A stretch of 64,000 nucleotides of DNA from an uncultured Gammaproteobacteria bacterium. GTDB taxonomy: Bacteria > Patescibacteriota > Microgenomatia > UBA12405. Position 1 is the first letter of the stretch; each line of letters begins with the position of its first letter. A program made the position numbers and the translations under genes. The stretch covers positions 113,577 through 177,576 of the forward strand of contig CAYUZS010000002.1 of NCBI GenBank assembly GCA_964448705.1, read 5' to 3'. Below the pieces are notes generated by a model. It ran no database searches. It was not told the DNA's origin and was given only the letters and a program-made list of their open reading frames with translations. Shown here piece after piece: positions 19,376-28,667 of this stretch.

Positions 19376-19952
19376 GCGAATAATTAGAATTGGGTTGGGT
19401 TTGGCGACAGCGCTGATTATTTATATGCTGACGATAGCGATAGTATCTTTATTACCAAGCAAGATAAGTATCGAAACAAAAGGAAATAATCCGGAAGTAT
19501 TTAATAAAATTGCCGAGATAGAAACATATGAAGAAATGTTTACCGCAGAACACAATCATTTAAATAGAATTGAGGCGCTGTTTAAGAACCCAAACCTGGA
19601 AAGCAGAGACGAATTGGAAATATCTTTAATCGATAATCAAGGATTAACAGTTGCCAGTCAACAATTCAGCGGTTTTAATTTAGGTGATACCTCTCATGCG
19701 AGAATGGATTTTTCTCCCCTAACAAATTCAGAAGGAAAAAAGTACATCATCAAAATAGAGACTAAAAAAATAAATGATGGAATGCTTAGTTTTGGCACTA
19801 AGGATGGTCATCTTGATTTTATTCAATATTACAATCAAAAAAGCGGTTTTGATTTGATGATTAAAAATATGTCTGAAGCAATCAATAAAATTTCTAAACA
19901 GCCAGTGGTGGTGATATTACCGATGGTATTATGGATATTATGGTTATGGTGA
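19362..19952 (+). CDS. Membrane-anchored hypothetical protein (N-terminal TM plus soluble domain)
   Basis: The ORF track gives 19326-19952. An internal start MMKNKRIIRIGLGLATALIIYMLTIAIV fits better with the upstream stop at 19375. Confidence 0.4.
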   Translation: MMKNKRIIRIGLGLATALIIYMLTIAIVSLLPSKISIETKGNNPEVFNKIAEIETYEEMFTAEHNHLNRIEALFKNPNLESRDELEISLIDNQGLTVASQQFSGFNLGDTSHARMDFSPLTNSEGKKYIIKIETKKINDGMLSFGTKDGHLDFIQYYNQKSGFDLMIKNMSEAINKISKQPVVVILPMVLWILWLW

Positions 19953-21553
19953 AATTTTTTAAAGAACACAAATGGCTGATAGGAATATTGATATTGGCAG
20001 CTATAGTCAGAATTGTTGGAATTGATTATTTGGAATTATTCGGCGATGAAATAGATGCAGGATACCAATCGTATTCGTTAATGACGAACGCAAGCGATTA
20101 TAAGGGACATTTTTTACCGACATATATGCAAAGTTTTTCCGAGTGGAGAGCTCCGGGAATGATGTATGCCATGGTTCCGTTTATAAAAATATTCGGATTA
20201 AATGAGTGGGGAGTACGTTTGCCGGCGGCATTATGGGGATTAATGAGCATAGTCGGATTTTATTGTTTACTCCAACTGAGCGGAATAAATAAAAAGACAG
20301 CCTTATGGTCAACATTCTTTTTAGCGATTGCTCCCTGGCATATTCAATACAGTCGGGCGGCATTTGAAATTACCCTGCTGGCTTCAGAAATAATTTGGGG
20401 AACATTTTTGTTGATAAAGGGGATCAAAACTAAACGAAATATTTTTATAATCGGAGCGGGATTAGTTTTGTCACTTGGTTTTTATACCTATAACACCGCG
20501 AATATTTATGTCCCATTAATTTGTCTTTTAACTTTGATTTATTTTAAAGCCCACAAAAAACAATGCTTGGTTTTAATAATATCGGGAATAATTTTTAGTC
20601 TACCAATCGGCTACCAGATATTATTCGGACATGCTTCTGAAAGATTTAAAACTATATCCATATTTAACAACAAAGAAGTGATTGCTGAAGTAAATGAATA
20701 CCGGAACAAGGATAATATTTCACTGGTATCCAAAGTTTTTTATAACAAACTGACTATGGGCGGAAAAAGAATTCTGTTTAATTATTCAAATGCATTTGGG
20801 AGTAATTTTTTATTTTATGAGGGTGATGTTACCTTTAGACACTCTTTACATCAGGTCGGTAACTTATATTGGATTTGGCTGCCGGTAATTATAATCGGTT
20901 TAATATCAGCCAATAAATACTGGCTATGGTTGTTAATGATTACTCCCATCCCCTCCTCGCTAACAATTGATGGATATAACCATGCCACCAGATTGTTGAT
21001 GATGATTTTTCCTTTAGTATATTTAGCCGGTTTAGGAATGTCTAAAGTTAAAAATATATTTAAGGTAGGAATATTGACAGCGACAATATTAAGTTTTGGC
21101 TTTTATCAATACTATTATTGGAATTTTTACAGAAGTGAATCATGGAGATGGTGGCACGTAGGATATAAGGAAGCAATGAATTATATTTCCGATAACAAGA
21201 CTAAATATGCAAAAGTGATAATGGATAATACCTATGAACCGACGGTAGCAAAGTATTTATTTTGGAATAAAATTGATCCCAAAGATATTTTTAATATGGA
21301 CGACAAAATGGATAAAGACATAGACGGTTTTCAGGGATTTTGTATGGATGAGAGAACCTGTTTTGTTAATTACGGACAAAATTTTAAAGTAGAAAATCTG
21401 AAAAGTAAGACTTTATATTTAATCTCTCAGGATAGGAATGTGGGCGGTGATTGGGATTGGACGACATCGGCACCGGAAGGCATTAAGGTTCTTAAAACGG
21501 TACGAAATTATGAAGAAAAACCAATTTTCTATTTAGTCGAGAAAAGCGAATGA
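19931..21553 (+). CDS. GT-C membrane glycosyltransferase, GT39/PMT-like (paralog 6)
   Basis: FGDEIDAGYQSYSLMTNASDYKGHFLPTYMQSFSEWRAPGMMYAMVPF. The C-terminal domain carries YEPTVAKYLFWNKIDPKDIF. Confidence 0.65.
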   Translation: MDIMVMVKFFKEHKWLIGILILAAIVRIVGIDYLELFGDEIDAGYQSYSLMTNASDYKGHFLPTYMQSFSEWRAPGMMYAMVPFIKIFGLNEWGVRLPAALWGLMSIVGFYCLLQLSGINKKTALWSTFFLAIAPWHIQYSRAAFEITLLASEIIWGTFLLIKGIKTKRNIFIIGAGLVLSLGFYTYNTANIYVPLICLLTLIYFKAHKKQCLVLIISGIIFSLPIGYQILFGHASERFKTISIFNNKEVIAEVNEYRNKDNISLVSKVFYNKLTMGGKRILFNYSNAFGSNFLFYEGDVTFRHSLHQVGNLYWIWLPVIIIGLISANKYWLWLLMITPIPSSLTIDGYNHATRLLMMIFPLVYLAGLGMSKVKNIFKVGILTATILSFGFYQYYYWNFYRSESWRWWHVGYKEAMNYISDNKTKYAKVIMDNTYEPTVAKYLFWNKIDPKDIFNMDDKMDKDIDGFQGFCMDERTCFVNYGQNFKVENLKSKTLYLISQDRNVGGDWDWTTSAPEGIKVLKTVRNYEEKPIFYLVEKSE

Positions 21554-22326
21554 ATTTTTTGTCCGGACCAGGAGATAAGAAACAAAAGATAGTGAACAAA
21601 TTGGCCATGATAGAGTTTAGAACCGGGAATAAGCCGACGCCATTGATTGGCAGAATCGGCTAAATTTTTGCCACTGGCACCATGACGATGGACAACCAAA
21701 GCGGAAGGGTAATAAACAATTTTGGAACCTGTTTTTCTGACCTGACGGCATAAATCCAAATCTTCATAATACATAAAATACTTTTCATTCCAGCCGCCAA
21801 GAGAAAGAAAATAATCCTTTTTTATCAACATACAGCCTCCGGATAATGCCCAAACATGATGAGGAACTAATTTTTGCGGAAGATACTTACTGTAAGCCAC
21901 TTGCCCCAACCAAAACTCTTTAAAGGCATTACAAAGGCTTTGAGGAGGAAACACTGAGGATTGAGGAGTGAGATCGGGATTTAAAAATTTAGGACCGATA
22001 ACACCTATTTCCCGGTGTTTTTGAATATATTCAAACATCGACTCTAAAGAGTTATCGATTAGTTCCATATCTGAATTTAGGAATAAAAGATATTCACCTT
22101 GGGCAGACTGAACTCCAAGATTGTTGCCTTTTGCAAAACCCAAATTCTTTTCGGAAAAGACATATTTAATTGATTTATCTGCGGATAATAATTTCTGAGT
22201 ATTGTCGGTGGAACCATTGTCAACAATAATTACCTGACAGTGGGGCAAATATCGTTTAACAGAATCAAGACAGCGTTTGGTGATGAGGGCAGTATTCCAA
22301 GTGACAATAACAACACTTAATTTCAT
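21529..22326 (-). CDS. Glycosyltransferase family 2
   Basis: LSVVIVTWNTALITKRCLDSVKRYLPHCQVIIVDNGSTDNT. Confidence 0.8.
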   Translation of the reverse strand: MKLSVVIVTWNTALITKRCLDSVKRYLPHCQVIIVDNGSTDNTQKLLSADKSIKYVFSEKNLGFAKGNNLGVQSAQGEYLLFLNSDMELIDNSLESMFEYIQKHREIGVIGPKFLNPDLTPQSSVFPPQSLCNAFKEFWLGQVAYSKYLPQKLVPHHVWALSGGCMLIKKDYFLSLGGWNEKYFMYYEDLDLCRQVRKTGSKIVYYPSALVVHRHGASGKNLADSANQWRRLIPGSKLYHGQFVHYLLFLISWSGQKIHSLFSTK

Positions 22327-23198
22327 AAAAATTTATCAAATACTTCCCGGTCGGTAAGTTTTGGAAAAACAACAGGAGAAGGATAATTTTTAATTTGTCT
22401 TTTGGCAGCCAGAATAATTTTTATATAATTAGGACCGGAGAGAACCCGGCCGACCTGAGCAATTTTATTTTCGAGAATCATCTGTTTATCGGTGATATTC
22501 CGCCAGACAGTTAACAAACGGTTTCTTTCTTTGACATAATTTGACAAACTGCGGGGAAACTTGGACATAGTCGCCTCGTGAAGATGTTCGACGACACTTT
22601 TTGGCTCCCATAATAACTGCCAGCCGGATTTCCAGGCCCGATAACCAAGATCTAAATCTTCAGAATAAAAAGGGGCGTATATTTCATCGAAACCACCTAG
22701 TTTTAGGAATTTTTTTCTGTCGATAATTGAGCTGCCTCCGGAAACCCAACCGGAAATATGGGTTTTGGCAATATCGGTTCCCGGTTCATGTTGGAGATAG
22801 CCTTCCGACCATTTTAATCTGGCCCAATTTTCATGATGAAGTTCAGCAAAGCCAACGCCAAATATTTTTGGATCAGAAAAGTGAGTTAATGTTGGCTTAA
22901 TATAGCCGGGATGAGGGCGGATATCATTATTCAATAAAACTACATAATCACCTTTAGCGGTGGTTACTGCCTGATTTGAATTTTTACCAAAACCTAGATT
23001 TTGAGGATGAGAAATAATCTTAATTTGAGGATATTTTTTTTGCAGTTCGGCAACATAAGCGACACTGTTATCTTCTGAAGCATCATCGGCCAAAATAATT
23101 TCTGAGGCCTGGTCGGAGGATTCGATAACAGAAAGAAAATATTTTTTAAGAAGAGAGAGACCGTTCCAATTGGTGACCACAACAGATATTTTTTTCAT
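22323..23198 (-). CDS. Glycosyltransferase family 2
   Basis: ISVVVTNWNGLSLLKKYFLSVIESSDQASEIILADDASEDNS. Confidence 0.8.
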   Translation of the reverse strand: MKKISVVVTNWNGLSLLKKYFLSVIESSDQASEIILADDASEDNSVAYVAELQKKYPQIKIISHPQNLGFGKNSNQAVTTAKGDYVVLLNNDIRPHPGYIKPTLTHFSDPKIFGVGFAELHHENWARLKWSEGYLQHEPGTDIAKTHISGWVSGGSSIIDRKKFLKLGGFDEIYAPFYSEDLDLGYRAWKSGWQLLWEPKSVVEHLHEATMSKFPRSLSNYVKERNRLLTVWRNITDKQMILENKIAQVGRVLSGPNYIKIILAAKRQIKNYPSPVVFPKLTDREVFDKFL

Positions 23199-23200
23199 AT

Positions 23201-24394
23201 TTAAAGCAAAGATTGTAAGTTTTGAACGAATTTAGTTTTAGAAAATATCTGACTGCGGGTTTGACAATCGGCCGACATCTCCTTTAATAATTGAGGTGAT
23301 TTGATTAAAAGAGAAGTTTTGGCAACTAAATCATCAATATTTTCCCACAGATAGCCTGTTTTACCTTCCTGAACAATTTCCGGTAGACCGCCTTTTTTAA
23401 CTACCAAAGGAACTGAGCCTGAGGCCATGGCTTCAACCGGAGCAATACCAAAATGTTCTGTATTTTCCGGATGGAGGGTTTCGTCGACACCATAACCGGC
23501 TGCATGCCAATAAATTTTGGAGCGGGAATAAATATCGGCCAAATCTTTAAAATCGGGATTAATGATAAAAGTAACCGGGAGCTTGCCGGTTAAAGTGTGA
23601 AGATGATTAAGATAACTGTTCTTTTCCGGGGTATCAAAACTGCCGCCAGCCAGAACTAGTTTCCAGTCCGGATGTTGGGTATGAAGTTTTTTAAAAGCGT
23701 CGATGAGAATATCCTGTTTTTTGGAATTGAGAAGATTATCAAAACGACCGACAGAAAGAATAATATTTTCCTTTTGAGAAGAAGAGTGAAATTTTTCTAC
23801 ATCAACCGGAGGATAAACAGTGATACATTTACTACCGAAACGTGCGGAAGCAAAATTTTTTGTAAATTGGGAGTTACAAATTATCCGACGGTGAAACATG
23901 GTTTTTAGACGATTGGCGACATTCTGAAAAACGGAGTTTTCCTGAACAAAGGGAACCTGAACATGCAAAAGATTATTTTTGGAAAATAAAAGCGGTACAC
24001 TCCAATCACTAATATAGAAAAATAAATCGTACTGTCGGGTAATTTTTACTTTGTTAATCAGTGATTTTATTTTATGGGCGTATCCGGAAGTTAAATGATG
24101 TTTGGTAATTATATTTAAACTGGAAACATCTTCGACACAATCTATCTTTTGAGGGACAACATCAAAAATATCGGCGACAAAGCGAGCATCCTGAAGATTC
24201 AAATTAAAACGTTCCTGAGCTTTAGTAAGTAGATTCTGGTCCCCGGACCAAAATATATCGACCTGATAACCTTGCTGAAGCAACATTTCGACTACGGTAA
24301 GACAATATCGTTCTCCACCGCCGAGCGTATCAAGGTAGGGATCGTAGATACCAGCTTTTTTAATCATGTTGTTGCAACTCCCACAGTCTAGCAT
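23201..24394 (-). CDS. Glycosyltransferase family 4 (GT-B)
   Basis: EHFGIAPVEAMASGSVPLVVKKGGLPEIV is the GT4 C-terminal motif. Confidence 0.8.
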   Translation of the reverse strand: MLDCGSCNNMIKKAGIYDPYLDTLGGGERYCLTVVEMLLQQGYQVDIFWSGDQNLLTKAQERFNLNLQDARFVADIFDVVPQKIDCVEDVSSLNIITKHHLTSGYAHKIKSLINKVKITRQYDLFFYISDWSVPLLFSKNNLLHVQVPFVQENSVFQNVANRLKTMFHRRIICNSQFTKNFASARFGSKCITVYPPVDVEKFHSSSQKENIILSVGRFDNLLNSKKQDILIDAFKKLHTQHPDWKLVLAGGSFDTPEKNSYLNHLHTLTGKLPVTFIINPDFKDLADIYSRSKIYWHAAGYGVDETLHPENTEHFGIAPVEAMASGSVPLVVKKGGLPEIVQEGKTGYLWENIDDLVAKTSLLIKSPQLLKEMSADCQTRSQIFSKTKFVQNLQSLL

Positions 24395-25142
24395 AAATCA
24401 TATAAGTGTCGAAAGATTCAAAAATAGCAGATATCCAACCGACAGTACCATCCCGCCACATTTGTTGTTTAATAAGTCTTTCCCAAAGTTTGGTAAAAAT
24501 CATTCTGGGAAAACGCCACCAGACGACAGACGGATGATGATCGGCTAATAATAAACGAGCCTCAGTGTCCGTCCATTTGATACTTTTTTCGAGCATTGAA
24601 GACAAACTGCGATGAGTATAGTGTAAAAGATCTGAAGATATTATTCCTGATTTTCCATCTATTTTCGGCTGTTCGTGAACCTGACCAAAGTAACCATGAA
24701 AACTATTTTTAAGAAACAAACGTTTAACATAATCAGGATAGGTGCCGCCGTAGCGAACCCGTTTACCAAGAAAAAAATTGGCACGGGGAACGTCATAGTT
24801 AGTAATGGAAAGGGAATCAGAATTTACGATTTGAAGAATCTCTTTTTGTAATTGAGGAGTGATCCGTTCATCACAATCAAGATGGAATAACCATTTGGAA
24901 GTAGCTATTTTAGAGCCAAAGTTATGCCAGGCAGAAAAATCGATAGGAACAGGAAGATAACGTTTAACAATTACTTTGGGATTTGTTTTTTTAGCAATTT
25001 GGATGGTTTTAGGTGTGCAGGCCGGGGTGGCAACAATAATTATTTCATCAGCAAAACGACAACTTTTTAGACAGTCAGCAATCATCTCTTCTTCATTTCC
25101 GGCGACAATGATGACAGACAAGGTGTTTTTCATGTCGTCCAC
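24360..25142 (-). CDS. Glycosyltransferase family 2
   Basis: LSVIIVAGNEEEMIADCLKSCRFADEIIIV. Confidence 0.75.
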   Translation of the reverse strand: MDDMKNTLSVIIVAGNEEEMIADCLKSCRFADEIIIVATPACTPKTIQIAKKTNPKVIVKRYLPVPIDFSAWHNFGSKIATSKWLFHLDCDERITPQLQKEILQIVNSDSLSITNYDVPRANFFLGKRVRYGGTYPDYVKRLFLKNSFHGYFGQVHEQPKIDGKSGIISSDLLHYTHRSLSSMLEKSIKWTDTEARLLLADHHPSVVWWRFPRMIFTKLWERLIKQQMWRDGTVGWISAIFESFDTYMIYARLWELQQHD

Positions 25143-26062
25143 CTCCCCTGCTGAAAACGATGAAGATAAAAATCAATAACTCCGAATTTCTGCCAAGAAG
25201 AACCTTTAAATAAGGTCCGTATAGATTCGCGAATTAAGGCAAGTTTTGTCCGGATTGAAGCAAACTTGAATCCAAAAATTAGTCTATTTCTGGTTAAGAA
25301 ATAATCATGAAGATTGCTTTTACTGCCAGATGAAGAGGCAGAATTTAAATGCCATATCCGGGACAGAGGTTGATATCCCAATTTATATCCCGATCTTAAA
25401 ATCTGTTCACCAAAATCTATATCTTCATAATAGAGAAAATAGTCTTCGGAAATAAGACCGACTTTTTTAAAAACTGCGGATGGTACCAATAAACAACAAC
25501 CGTTAACAGCGGGTAAATCGGTTCTTGGTCTATCGAATTGACCATTATCAACTTCGTCGATACCGTAATTACCGCCAATAATATTATTCCAATCGATAGT
25601 AGAGCCAACCGACCAAATTACCCTACCAATTTCATTTTTGGAATAGCGATCCTGATGAAACTCGTATCCCGGAGCGAAATAAATTTTGGGAGAAACGGCG
25701 CCAACTTGAGGGTTTTTTTGGGAAAAATCCAAAAGATGTTTTAAAAAATCAGGATCGACAACGACATCATTATTGAGAAGCAACACGTAATCATATTTTT
25801 TTTGTAGTGCTTTTTTAATAGCCTGATTATTCCCATGAGCATAACCTGAATTGGTAGGATTGGAGATAACAGTTACCAGCGGATTACCGGAGAGAGATTT
25901 TTTAAAAATTTCTAAGGAATTGTCGGGAGAATGATTGTCGACAACAAATAAATGATATTTAAAACCCGAGTGATTAATTTTAGAGAGAGATTTTACTAAA
26001 TCCAGCGTTAACTTAGGTTGTTTCCAATTTATAGTGATGATCGCTATCGATGGCATGATCAA
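25130..26062 (-). CDS. Glycosyltransferase family 2
   Basis: IAIITINWKQPKLTLDLVKSLSKINHSGFKYHLFVVDNHSPDNS; a DxD-like YEDID follows later. Confidence 0.8.
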   Translation of the reverse strand: MIMPSIAIITINWKQPKLTLDLVKSLSKINHSGFKYHLFVVDNHSPDNSLEIFKKSLSGNPLVTVISNPTNSGYAHGNNQAIKKALQKKYDYVLLLNNDVVVDPDFLKHLLDFSQKNPQVGAVSPKIYFAPGYEFHQDRYSKNEIGRVIWSVGSTIDWNNIIGGNYGIDEVDNGQFDRPRTDLPAVNGCCLLVPSAVFKKVGLISEDYFLYYEDIDFGEQILRSGYKLGYQPLSRIWHLNSASSSGSKSNLHDYFLTRNRLIFGFKFASIRTKLALIRESIRTLFKGSSWQKFGVIDFYLHRFQQGRWTT

Positions 26063-27015
26063 AAATTTTTAGTAATCCGATTTAATAAATGTCTAATTTT
26101 AATAAAGACCAATTTAAAAATATTGCCAGAGTACTCTTCTTTAAAATATTTAGTAAACCAATAACTATATTCAAATATTGTTTCCTGACTGGCAGAAACA
26201 AAAGATTCTTTGGAGAGAACTTTATCGGAGGAACCTTGTTTTTCCCAAAGACGAACATAAATTAATAAAATGGCAAAAGCTTGCAACAAGGAAAAAACTA
26301 AACCATGAATTCCATCTTTATATCCACCGGCGGCAAAAAAACGACTATTGAATTCCTGAGTTGGTTTTAATATAAAGTCCGAAGTTTTGAGTTTATAGCC
26401 GGAGGCTTTTAGCTCGTCAGCCTGAACACCACTGTAACGAACGGCCCGGTTAACAAATTGAGTGATACTGTCGTAATTATGATGTCTAATGGCCAGTTTT
26501 TCGGTGTCCAGAATGGTTAAACCATTGCCTTTAGTTTCCGGTTGGCTGTGGATTATTTTACTCCAGGTGACATGGCCTTTTTTGAAAAATCTAATAACGT
26601 AATCCGGCCAGGTACGGGAATGACGAAGCCATTTACCAAAAACTAGGTTCTTACGGGGTATTTTTACCCAATCAATATCGGATCTTTTGGTAATACTTTT
26701 TAATTCCGATTTTAAAGTTTTGTTTAAGTATTCATCCGGATCGAGAAGGATAATCCATTTACCGGTGGCTTTGGAAAGAGCAAAATTTCTAGCAGGTTCG
26801 ACAACTGTGGTCCAACGATAGGGATAAACTATAGCACCATATTCGACAGCAACATTATCACTGCCATCAGTAGAATGCATGTCGACGACAATAATCTCAT
26901 CAGCAAAATTCTTGAGTGATTTTAAACATTTTCTGAGGTTTTCAGCTTCATTTCTAACATTAATTACTGCTGATATTAAGGGTTTATTTTTCATAAGGTA
27001 CTGATAGTTTATCAC
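26059..27015 (-). CDS. Glycosyltransferase family 2
   Basis: ISAVINVRNEAENLRKCLKSLKNFADEIIVVDMHSTDGS. Confidence 0.8.
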   Translation of the reverse strand: MINYQYLMKNKPLISAVINVRNEAENLRKCLKSLKNFADEIIVVDMHSTDGSDNVAVEYGAIVYPYRWTTVVEPARNFALSKATGKWIILLDPDEYLNKTLKSELKSITKRSDIDWVKIPRKNLVFGKWLRHSRTWPDYVIRFFKKGHVTWSKIIHSQPETKGNGLTILDTEKLAIRHHNYDSITQFVNRAVRYSGVQADELKASGYKLKTSDFILKPTQEFNSRFFAAGGYKDGIHGLVFSLLQAFAILLIYVRLWEKQGSSDKVLSKESFVSASQETIFEYSYWFTKYFKEEYSGNIFKLVFIKIRHLLNRITKNF

Positions 27016-28667
27016 CTTTGCACCCGGTAGATAAGACTATCCTCATTTTCGAAAATCTTGGATAAATAAAGATTGGAAACATCCAAAAGATATCTTTCTT
27101 TTTGAACACCAGCTAAGTAGATATAATCGATCTGATTATTGACTAAAAAACCACGATCTTCATAGATATTTTTTTGAGAAAAAAATGATTCCGACTGCTG
27201 CCGTCTGGAAGCAACATCATAACCGGAATTTTGATTGTTCATTTCATCTTCTAAAAATACCGGTAAACGGCTATAAGCAGAAACATAGGCGGTGGTTTCA
27301 TAAGCATATAAAGGAACCGGTTCCGAGAGACTCTGTTTGAGATATTGATCGTATGGAACTGTGAGAACAGTACCTTTAGCCTGTTGGGAAAGATAATCCA
27401 GGGCGGAAAGCTCGCCTGTGGTTAAAACAGCCGGAGGAACACGACCAAGATAATTCGGCCAGGATCCTAATAACGACAAAAAATAGGTAGCAAAAATGAT
27501 AAAGGTTAAACCTTTATGTTTTTGTAAATAAGAAGCTAAAAAAAGATTACTGAGAAATAGGGCATAATACAAAAATTGAATAGTGTTCCAACTGGTACCT
27601 TTTTGAATAAAAAAGGTGGGAATTAAAGTGAGAACAAAAATATTTATTAAAAGAATCAATGAAAATTTGTCCCGAAAGTTAGTTTTTAAAAAGCCCAATA
27701 ATCTCCAACCAAAATTACCAATAATAAACAAGAAAAAAGTAGATAACATGAGGATTAAATATCTGGGACCAATTTTGCCGGAGGCTTCGAGAGTGTATCT
27801 CATATTAGCCAAATAAGGTATGAAAATTCTGTCGGGAGATTCGATCATGGAATTGATAAACCAAAAAGGTCGGAAAATCATTAGACCGGAAGATTGAGGG
27901 TTGTAGTTGAAAAACAAAATTAAAGCAACAAACAGAGAGAATATGGTTAATATGATATTTTTTAACGATTTGGAATGGAGAGCATATAATCCAAAAACAG
28001 AAAATCCAATTACAGCTGAATAAGCCTTGGTTATCGGTAAAAGTATCAATAAGAAAAATACGAAAAGTGACTGAAAAAGAGTTAAATTTTTATTAGAAAA
28101 ATTCCGATAAACAATAATTAACAAGACTAATAAAAAAATAAGTGAAAGAGTGTACGGCGGATTGATCTGATTACTCGGAGACTGCATAGCCCAAAAGATG
28201 GATTCACCGTCAAAATTACCCCGGGTAAGAAGGGTGTATATCCAACCAAAAGAATTGGCCAAGGCATTTAAAGAAAGAAACAAGATACCGCCTCTAAAGC
28301 CGGCAGTAAACATTTTTCCTAAGACAAAACTTAGCCACAAAAAGAGAAAAGAAGAAATAATAGGGAATATTTTAAAATACCAAACAGAAGCAGAAATACC
28401 GGATATTTTGACAAGGAAGCTGATTAAAATATCATAAAAAGGATGATAGTTTTTTAAAGTTTCACCGGCAAAGATAGGCATATCGATTTTTAGAGGATTG
28501 GAAATATTGTTTATTAAACTCAAATGCCAAACAGCATCGTGGCCGTTGGCACCCCAAAAACCGATTCCTATTTGACTTTGATGACCGCTTTTAAAGAGAG
28601 GAATAACCTGAATAATAGTTCCGATAATTAAAAATATGATGAGAATTATTTTTTGGGAACGAGCCAT
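27012..28667 (-). CDS. Large polytopic membrane protein, unknown family (possible polymerase or GT-C-like)
   Basis: About 14 hydrophobic segments. The first loop carries GFWGANGHDAVWHLSLIN. It sits between GT2 genes and the flippase. Confidence 0.45.
   Translation of the reverse strand: MARSQKIILIIFLIIGTIIQVIPLFKSGHQSQIGIGFWGANGHDAVWHLSLINNISNPLKIDMPIFAGETLKNYHPFYDILISFLVKISGISASVWYFKIFPIISSFLFLWLSFVLGKMFTAGFRGGILFLSLNALANSFGWIYTLLTRGNFDGESIFWAMQSPSNQINPPYTLSLIFLLVLLIIVYRNFSNKNLTLFQSLFVFFLLILLPITKAYSAVIGFSVFGLYALHSKSLKNIILTIFSLFVALILFFNYNPQSSGLMIFRPFWFINSMIESPDRIFIPYLANMRYTLEASGKIGPRYLILMLSTFFLFIIGNFGWRLLGFLKTNFRDKFSLILLINIFVLTLIPTFFIQKGTSWNTIQFLYYALFLSNLFLASYLQKHKGLTFIIFATYFLSLLGSWPNYLGRVPPAVLTTGELSALDYLSQQAKGTVLTVPYDQYLKQSLSEPVPLYAYETTAYVSAYSRLPVFLEDEMNNQNSGYDVASRRQQSESFFSQKNIYEDRGFLVNNQIDYIYLAGVQKERYLLDVSNLYLSKIFENEDSLIYRVQR

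Noticed and set aside
7123-21553. The GT-C paralog array as a recent tandem amplification or a repeat- or transposon-mediated structure.
   Set aside because: Nucleotide-level identity between copies is low, and only protein motifs are conserved. There are no flanking inverted repeats, transposase or integrase genes. This is an old paralog family, not a repeat element.
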